A DNA stretch of 47,136 bases, the filler included, from Catajapyx aquilonaris (lineage: Eukaryota): NCBI GenBank assembly GCA_000934665.2. It is 2 parts of 2 records of this genome, joined end to end, with 100 filler letters (N's around TTAATTAATTAA, not from the genome) between each part and the next. Parts side by side here need not be neighbours in the genome. Positions count along the whole stretch, not along the records: positions 23,635 to 47,136 come from JYFJ02005667.1; 1 more part is not named here. One strand, given 5' to 3'. This document shows positions 39,884 through 47,136 of the stretch, piece by piece (within the stretch, counting starts at the first letter, position 1; each line of letters begins with the position of its first letter). Both the position numbers and the translations under genes were made by a program. Under the pieces are notes generated by a model. It had not been told where the DNA came from and did not search any database. It saw only the letters and a list, made by a program, of their open reading frames with translations.

Positions 39884-40446
39884 TCAAAGTGGCAAGGGAA
39901 GCTGCAGGCCCCTTTGTAGATAGCGGCACTTCCTTTCCACCCACTCATCGAAGTCTTCATCGGGGTCAACGACACGGATCGGCGTGTTGATTTGTATTAA
40001 ATTTGGCAGGGAGAGGAGAAGCTCGTGAAATTCTGGGGCGGCATCGCCCATTTCCAAAACCTTCAAACATTTAAGATTGGGGCACGATTGTATGTGGACC
40101 CAATCGTTCCCCCCCATGAAGTTCACCTCCAACCTTTCCAACTGGTTTCCAACTGCTTCCAACATCTTCAAGTTATCTGGGTCGGTAAGATTGTCCAAGA
40201 CCAGCCCCTTGTTCCTTCGTCCTAAATCGGCGGCCACATCTGCCCACTTAGTGCAAACTTTTGGCACGACGAGGATCCTCTCCTTCGGGTCGAGGAAGGA
40301 AAAAATGTGCTGTTGGCAGTCTTCCACCAAAATCCCATTGAACAAGTCTGCTCCTGTTGCAGGCGGTTCAATAGGGACTGCAGCCATCTCGATGGTGGTG
40401 GTGGTGGTGGTGCTGCTGCTGCTGCTGCTGCCGCCTTCCTCACAAC
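39884..40446 (-). CDS. F-box + LRR-like protein, uninterrupted terminal exon
   Basis: Acceptor cgtactttcag at 40447; open frame with LVEDCQQHIFSFLDPKERILVVPKVCTKWADVA (F-box) and LERLEV, CPNLKCLKV, LPNL (LRR-like). Confidence 0.7.
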
Positions 40447-40617
40447 CTGAAAGTACGAAATACAAACAAGGAAATAAGTTAGGCTAAGAGAGTATAGCCT
40501 ATACTGTATGTCGTTTTGTTTTCAGTCACACCCAGGAATAATAATAATAATCATCATCATCATCATCATAATCAGACCTGTCAAATTCATGTATGTAAGT
40601 TTATACAACTTCACAGT

Positions 40618-40877
40618 GTGGGCTGAAGAAGTATGCGACAAGCCACACTTAAAAGCATAAATGATCATAAAGAGGACCAGGCAAGATTCCCTTCAATGCC
40701 ACAGGTCCAACATAAAGCAAAAAAAAAGGTGCAACTCAGTTTCCTTCCACCTATCAAGCACTGGCAAACCACGGGACTTACGGAAAAATTCACATGGTAT
40801 GTGTTTGTGGCCCGGTTGCTTCGCAAGCTGCAGGTAGGGTACTCTCATTGGCAATTCTTTGTGCTTCAGTATTCGGT
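40618..40877 (-). repeat. 260-bp direct duplicate of 39231-39490 (CACTA transposase piece)
   Basis: About 8 substitutions by eye in 260 bp. Confidence 0.95.
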
Positions 40878-41439
40878 TCTTGGTGTCGTTGAAAGAACTT
40901 TCTACACGAGCGCTACTAGCCGTACATGCACCATATTGAAATATAGGCACCATAATTGCTGACCACAATGGTAAAAAGCTCATCAATTTCACAATGCAGG
41001 GGACTAATTCTGGAAGATACTGTTGATTCCCATGGTCCCCATTACAGGATGCCTTTCCCTTGCTGACTTGGGTTTTTATTGAAATTGAAAAAAAAAAACT
41101 TTCTAATGGTAAAACAAAAAAGCCTTAATAATTTAACCGAGTAGGAAATTAAATACATTTTGTTGCAGAAGTCCTTCATGAACAGAAGTCGCAAACAAAA
41201 ATATCACTTGAACACCAACGACGTGTACTCTCTTCCGTTGCATTCAATCCGCTGCTACAAGGTAGTTGTATCAATAAAAATAAAACAGTGGAATTGCCTG
41301 GATGTGGATGTGTATTTGATCATATTGTACGTTGAATGTAATGTGTTTGCAGAGGTAACCAGAAACCAAATGCAACGAGTTTCAAAAGTTATCAGTAATC
41401 CAGACATCACTGTACAGATCAAGTCCCCTTTCCCCTTGA

Positions 41440-41670
41440 CAGTTTTATTGTAACATCAAAATTGTTGAGAGCGCCAAAGAAATCCACAAGGTATGCCAGT
41501 GAAAGTGCCGACCAATTCTTCTTTATTTTGACTCTGAAGAAACGTTTCCACTTCACTCTTGAGCTCGTACAGGCGGCTCAGCATATTTCCCTTCGACAGC
41601 CAGCGGACTTCGGTGTGAAACACAAGTGTCTTATGATCAGCTCCCAAGTCTCCACACATACATTTCTCGG
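41440..41670 (-). mobile_element. hAT (Buster/Charlie-type) transposase fragment
   Basis: CGDLGADHKTLVFHTEVRWLSKGNMLSRLYELKSEVETFL / LAYLVDFFGALN. Confidence 0.9.
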
Positions 41671-41903
41671 TCAATTAACTCAGTGACAATCATTACCAAC
41701 AAGTTGCCCAGTTATTTTAGAATTGGTCCCACTGTGAGCTGGAGGGAGAGTCTGATGGTGGAGACACGACGCACAGTGGAGCTTTTCAACGGAAATGTTA
41801 GCCCAAAGATTATCTGGTTGTTGTCGAAAGATTATGCACTGAGGGAAGACATGAAGTAATTTATAAGTTGAATCATAGTAAACATTTAACAAATGTGGTC
41901 TCA

Positions 41904-42845
41904 TCACAAGGGAATTAATACATTTACTAGATTAACTTCATGCACCCATGTCTTCGGGCTGGCTGGATGTTGACGATCCTGAGTCGTTTCCACGTCGAAG
42001 AAGATAATAATGAAATTGTATCTGGTCTTGTCCAACCTCTTCTTCTTTTTCTGCGGTTCCTCACTTTCAGACTCTTTGAGATGTTCAGGCACGTACTCCG
42101 CAAGATGGTCAGGAGTCTTGTAAGGTTGAATGTAGCAGAGGTGTCCTGGCATTACCAAAGCCTTGCACGTTCGACAATACCGTTCCCCACAACGATGTGC
42201 GGCATCCTTCCCCCTTTTCCGGAGATCCACCAACGTGGAGCACTTTTTGCAAACATACAGGGACTGGCAAAGCATGGGGCTGGACGTGGAGGGTGTTAGG
42301 TGACGTGCCATACACGCGTCACCGTAAAACAGTCTTTTACAAGACCCGCATACCACTCCTGGTGATTTTGTATCACACGGAGGAGAGGCGTAACACCCTT
42401 TGCACCATCCAGCACATTTGTGGTCGGAGTTGGTTCCCTGCATACAAATCGAGCAATAATGGTGAGCTAAGAAAAGAGCGGCTGGAGAAAAACTGGGGCA
42501 AAAATGTCTCGCTTTGAGAGACCCGTAGATGTACAAGGGAATGCGAGGCTCGGATGGTGTCGATTGTGGCCCCCTGTACACCCACTGGTCGTTCTCATGA
42601 CAGAAAATACATAGTCTGTACATATGAAGGTGGTTTTGGAACAGTTTCACCTCCTCCAATCCGCACCCTCCCTCGACTTTCTCCACACTTGCCTCACGCA
42701 TAAGCCTCAGGGCAGCATCTTTATGATTGGACGGTCTTGTAATGTTTTTGAATTCCTTACGAGACATTTTCTTCCCCTGTCCAGCCATTGCAACAACCAG
42801 GGCTCATGGGAGGCACAAGTTGTCCTTCTTATTGTCCATCGAAAT
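41904..42845 (-). mobile_element. Polinton/Maverick (adintovirus-like) protein-primed DNA polymerase B, N-terminal fragment
   Basis: DNLCLP*ALVVAMA (stop 42804-42806), CGLEEVKLFQNHL, Cys/His-rich region, HLCYIQP, Exo I motif FFDVETTQ and HEVNLV; truncated thereafter. Confidence 0.9.
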
Positions 42846-42979
42846 TACTGATCTGAGCTTATTACAGCGTTGTTCAAAAGACATATTGCGGAAGGCGCTG
42901 TAGTTCTCCCGTCCAGCACCTCTCATTTATGTGTATAGGGAAATCCTCGCTCCGCTCGCCTGTTCCTAGGGCGCAGCCG

Positions 42980-43028
42980 CGCAGGCCTAGAAAACCACTC
43001 GCTTCGCTCGCTGTTTTCTAGGCCTGCG
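42980..43028. repeat. Perfect 16-bp-stem hairpin
   Basis: CGCAGGCCTAGAAAAC-17 nt loop-GTTTTCTAGGCCTGCG. Confidence 0.9.
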
Positions 43029-43779
43029 GTGTAGGCCATGTTCTTAATGATGCTCACCCAACAATTATCCTCATCATACTCCCCTCCCCCTGACCTCCCC
43101 CCTCCTTATATTAAACCTTTGACGGCTAATACATCATAATATTACGATGTCCTGATGGTTTGTGAATTTAGCCCTCGAGGATGTGCATAGAGAAGGCGAA
43201 CTTTTCAGTGCCAAACCCGGTTCAATATGCTCCTGCCATCTCTTGGATTGTGACTCAAGTACCATGGCAACTCCAGATCCCCCCCTCCCCCCTGTTCCCG
43301 CCAAGTTGAGTCGTATATGCCAAGGTCACGTGGGGCGGCTCTTTAGGGGGGGGGGGGGAGTTCATCACTACGATTATATGTTAATGTAATAAAAATATGT
43401 ATTGTCTAGTGCTTACACTGCAGGAGAAAAAATAACAATTTCCGTCTTGGACTTGGCAACTTCTGGCTTGCAGAAATTTAAATGTTAATTTTTAAAACAC
43501 TAAAATAATATCTCCTGAATTAATTTTAGTCCCTTGATTATAGGCCTGGATGTGATGACAATAATCTGCAAAAATATGTATATAATAAGAAACTATTGCC
43601 CAGTATTAGGATTTTGTGCTTCATGCAAACTGACGGTTTCTTTTTCTGATATGACAACCAAATGTTCATAGTTGACCTACTCCTCTTGTGTTACATTATT
43701 CTTGTATGCGTAGACGTCAAAAGGTTCGCAGGATGTTGCTTTCATACAACTGTGCAACAATAAATAAATGTTCATGTTA

Positions 43780-44282
43780 TTAACAGACACTTCCTGTCTG
43801 GTCATAACAGATATGCAGTCACTGTCACTGAGAGTATCCAGCACAGGAAGATGTACTCCTGCTTTTGATGACATCTGAACTAATTTTTGTGTCTTGAACC
43901 GAGTCCCATTCTGTGCAAATTCAGGAACTGGATTGTGATACTTAACGTTACTGCACAATTCACCCTTCACAAAATGTACGTCGCTGAACAAGAGTGGTTC
44001 ATCAGATACAGGTTTTTTAACATGCCATGCTTGCAACACGACTGTACAGGTTTTCGCAGAAGGCAGTTTATCAACATCTGAGTGGCATACATCTAACTAA
44101 AAGTATAGCAGAGCTACTACATGCTTGCATTTGCCGTCAATGCCTGCTGTACACGAACAATTTGCCCATTTAAGTGTTCCTTGTACTTGGAAGCAAGTTA
44201 TGACTTTGTAACAGCCGGTTTTCATGGAGGGCTTGCAGGTTGAGCGAACATATACATAGCTGCCCTGTGCACAACTCGACAC
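43780..44282 (-). mobile_element. SWIM zinc-finger protein fragment (N-terminus typical of YqaJ-nuclease-bearing transposon ORFs)
   Basis: VRSTCKPSMK..YKV..ANCSCTAGIDGKCKHVVALLYF* then in the same frame KTCTVVLQAWHV. Confidence 0.75.
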
Positions 44283-44286
44283 CTCC

Positions 44287-45290
44287 TAGATAGATGAGGG
44301 AGCAATGGCTGAACTGCTTATGGGCTATGAAAAGTGTGCCTGGGTCACTTTGGCGGTTACCTTTCACAATCTTTTCACAAGTATGACATCCATGTACAAA
44401 TATCACATACTTTTTGGCAATAAAACTGCAGAGGTAAGAAAACGCATTTTCTGAAGGTAGATCAGGTATGTCTCCTTTCAACGGCACATGCTGGGTTGAG
44501 AGATGCAGCCCATGCGCATTTTCCCTACTGCCTTGTACTTCTCTAGGTGAAGTTTTCTTCATGGCACGGGACATTTCTCCCACAAAAGCACTTAAGGAAA
44601 CAGCCATTGCATCCCCATCACCAGCACAGTTTGCACCAGGTGTTTGCTCTCTTGATTCGTCATAGAATTGAAGCAAGTTTTGCGAAATGCAGTTATGAAC
44701 TGGGAGGAAGTGGGCCGAAATGCATTTCCATTCTGCTTTCGAATGGTGCCAAAATAGTTCTGTAGCCCGTCTTGATTTAATCTGCTGCTGAAAACAAATG
44801 CAAAACCACCGACACCAAACAGTTCCTGGAGTAATCCAGTGAGTGCGGAGATGGACAGTTTCCAGCCGTAGATGCAGTGCAGTTTGGAACTGCAGTCATT
44901 CCCTTCTAAATTTAAAAACTGGAAAGAATCTTAACATTTTTGGTGCCCCTTGTAAAAAATCCCAATGAATGCTTTCTTTCCGCATGGCTGAACGGTAAGG
45001 CTTTCCTGCCATTATTAGCCTACTTGAGTTAAAACAATCAAAAAGGCGGTCAAAAAAAAATAAATACAAAACCGTGCTGTTCCCATGGCATGACGTGGGA
45101 GTGTTCCCAATTCGATAAATGTTTCTATTGCTGCAGCAACTGAAAACGACAACACCTGAGTGGCTTTCTTCACTTTCATAGCAGTAAATGGCGGCAAATA
45201 GATGTGCTCATAGGTCAGTTTAGGACATAACTTAAATGCCCGTTTGCAGTCCTCAAGATATAATAAATTCATTATTATTGGAGCAACACT
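44287..45290 (-). mobile_element. P-element/THAP9-like transposase fragment
   Basis: KLCPKLTYEHIYLPPFTAMKVKKATQVLSFSVA..GTARFC..FDRLFDCFNS / QDGLQNYFGTIRKQNGNAFRPTSSQFITAFRK / GANC..ENAFSYLCSFIAKK..CHTC. Confidence 0.92.
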
Positions 45291-45648
45291 GCAACAGGAA
45301 CCAACCTCGGTCAGATTATGCTCAATCGGGGCCATGGTACACCTTCCCGTGAATGTTACTGTGTTTTGGTCCCCCTTAAGAGAGCTATTGGTATCTCGAT
45401 AACGAAATTTAACCTCGTAAAACCGATTGCTCCAGAAAGTTCAATTGGATGCGGGTTTCACATCGTAATATTATTCCTTTTTTAAAAAATATCAAAGACC
45501 ATGACTGGACACCCTCTGCTTGAATTGAAATGGAACCAGCCTCCTAACAGATCGTTAGCACACGTTGAACGACCCATTAGGTAATACCAGATTCGGTTGG
45601 TGCAATCGGGCGTTGCCAAACGAAAATATGGTAGGCTACCATACCAGC

Positions 45649-46040
45649 CTATACCTTCAGAATCGCGACGACTTCACCATGTCCCTCTTTTTCTGCTAAG
45701 CCAGTGGGCGTCATTCCCTCATTGTCTGTGGCCGATTTGTTTGCCCCTTCGGAAAGGAGGAAACGAACCACTGCTGACTGCTTGTAAAATGCAGCGATGT
45801 GAAGAGGGGTTCGATTCTTCCATCCCTCTTCCTCCAGACCTGTCCCCTTCTGCAGGAGATATTCGACAACCCGTACATGGCCATCCCGACACGCGCAGTG
45901 AATGGGCCTGTTCCCAAACAAGTCCATTTTCTTCATAAGTTCCCCTCGCTCAATCAATGTCTGGCACGTGTTCAGATGTCCTTTCCATGCTGCCAGGAGC
46001 CAGGTGAAGGGGTGTTGAACCCAGAGAGTCTGTCTCGTTT
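45649..46040 (-). pseudogene. Ankyrin-repeat protein fragment (3-4 repeats)
   Basis: GSTPLHLA (frameshifted), GNRPIHCACRDGHVRVVEYLLQKG, NRTPLHIAAFYKQSAVVRFLLSEGAN, GMTPTGLAEKEGHGEVVAIL. Confidence 0.88.
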
Positions 46041-46539
46041 ACAGACCATCCTCTTCCGAGAAGGTACGCCACTGTGACGGTAATTTCCGTCGACTAAAGA
46101 TTCGGGGTGACCAAATCAGTAGTCCTTGAGTAGGCTAACTATTAAATATAGAGAGGGCAGCCCCACCCTGTGGTGATGGAATTGCGTGTATCGTCTCGAT
46201 TAAACGACCCTCTTCTGATAATTCTGAAATAATAAATTGCTTAATTGACCAGATAAATAGGCAAAATAAGAGACACCTTTCCCACCTTCCCAGACGTCTC
46301 TGGTTCTGTCTCCAGTGTACCAATTACAGTCCCAATATCTTGGCCCATGTCGTTGAATATCCTTACTGGAATTCCTCCCCCCACCTCACGCCCACTCTCT
46401 TTCATCTCTTCTACTCTTTGTAATGTCAGTCCAATTGGCACCCCCTGGGGCTGGGTAATCTGCCACAAGTACTGTATGGCCTTGGAGCCATCACGGGGCG
46501 GCTGCACCTGGAAGTGGAGGTGGTCAAAGTCCAGTACCC

Positions 46540-46752
46540 CCAAAAATCCTCTGCCCTGTCCACTTCTTCTGCAGTCGCCAGAGGAAGTACTGGCAGACTA
46601 CAGCCGTTTGCATCATCAGGCTCTTCAGCCCGATGATGCTGATCCTCAGAATACCGGGTACCCTGCTGACGATTCAGCTGATGGATGATATTGTCCAACC
46701 TGACCTCCAGGCTTGCGCGCATGTCTGCCACCGCCTTAAAGGGACACTCCAC
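46540..46752 (-). mobile_element. Possible DUF4806-type CACTA accessory ORF fragment
   Basis: Coiled-coil RLDNIIHQL followed by LPLATAEEVDRAE. Confidence 0.4.
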
Positions 46753-46859
46753 TCAAAAAACAATTTGACCTCTAAAAATCAGGCCAAAAATCCTGATTCC
46801 GGTGATACCATGGGTTTTTTTCTACGGCGAACGATAATCCGATAAATAAATGGCAAAGT

Positions 46860-47136
46860 AGGCCGGCTGCAAACCCCTGCCCCTCCACCCCCGGCGACAC
46901 CTACCCCGGGCACCTGGCGGCTGCTTCAGGAAGTAGGGGTCGTAGCCGCGCGGGTTTGAAATGCAGTTCGGTGGGATATTATTTTCTGGCTGCTGCCAAT
47001 ACCGTCACGGAGGTGTTACTTTCCAGACCTCGCCTTTGCCAGGGCCACCTAGAGACAAGGCCGGGGCGCGGGAACGGGTGGATCGCTGTGACGTCACGCT
47101 AGGGGGCTAGCTTCTCCATAAGCGGGCTATGGCGGG
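46860..47136. promoter_or_regulatory. CpG-rich region with palindromic CRE
   Basis: High GC/CpG; GTGACGTCAC at 47088-47097. Confidence 0.35.

Noticed and set aside
39246..40962. Duplicated plus-strand ORF MRQATLKSIND... as a gene pair
   Set aside because: Antisense frame of the duplicated CACTA transposase piece.
23635..47136. A single intact Polinton or giant virus
   Set aside because: Only PolB snippets; no capsid, ATPase, integrase or long TIRs; most content is from unrelated transposon superfamilies.
23635..47136. Helitron carrying captured fragments
   Set aside because: No RepHel fragment or convincing terminal hairpin-CTRR seen in the window; not excluded because the ends may lie outside it.

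Overview
Eukaryotic (probably invertebrate animal) genomic DNA made of two contigs joined by an artificial 100-bp linker (44 N + TTAATTAATTAA + 44 N, 23535-23634), so the halves may not be neighbours. Left half (1-23534): no recognisable coding sequence and few transposons. It holds an AT-rich minisatellite interrupted by a 165-bp foldback MITE, a (CT)n tract and scattered candidate transcription-factor sites, and looks like a large intron or intergenic regulatory region. Right half (23635-47136): a dense patchwork of more than 20 short (0.1-1 kb), mostly TIR-less, degraded fragments. They come from hAT, CACTA/EnSpm, MULE, pogo, Sola, P-element, SWIM/YqaJ-type and Polinton/Maverick PolB elements, plus a Penelope-type hammerhead ribozyme and F-box, ankyrin and C2H2 gene pieces. 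Every fragment I can recognise is encoded on the minus strand. A CCAAT/GC-box/CCAAT promoter-like element sits at the left end of this contig. Best hypothesis (inference): a uni-strand antisense small-RNA 'memory' locus (flamenco-like piRNA cluster) built from DNA snippets of class II transposons, viruses and their cargo genes. Family calls are by motif recognition only, and fragment boundaries are approximate unless a TIR or splice site is cited.
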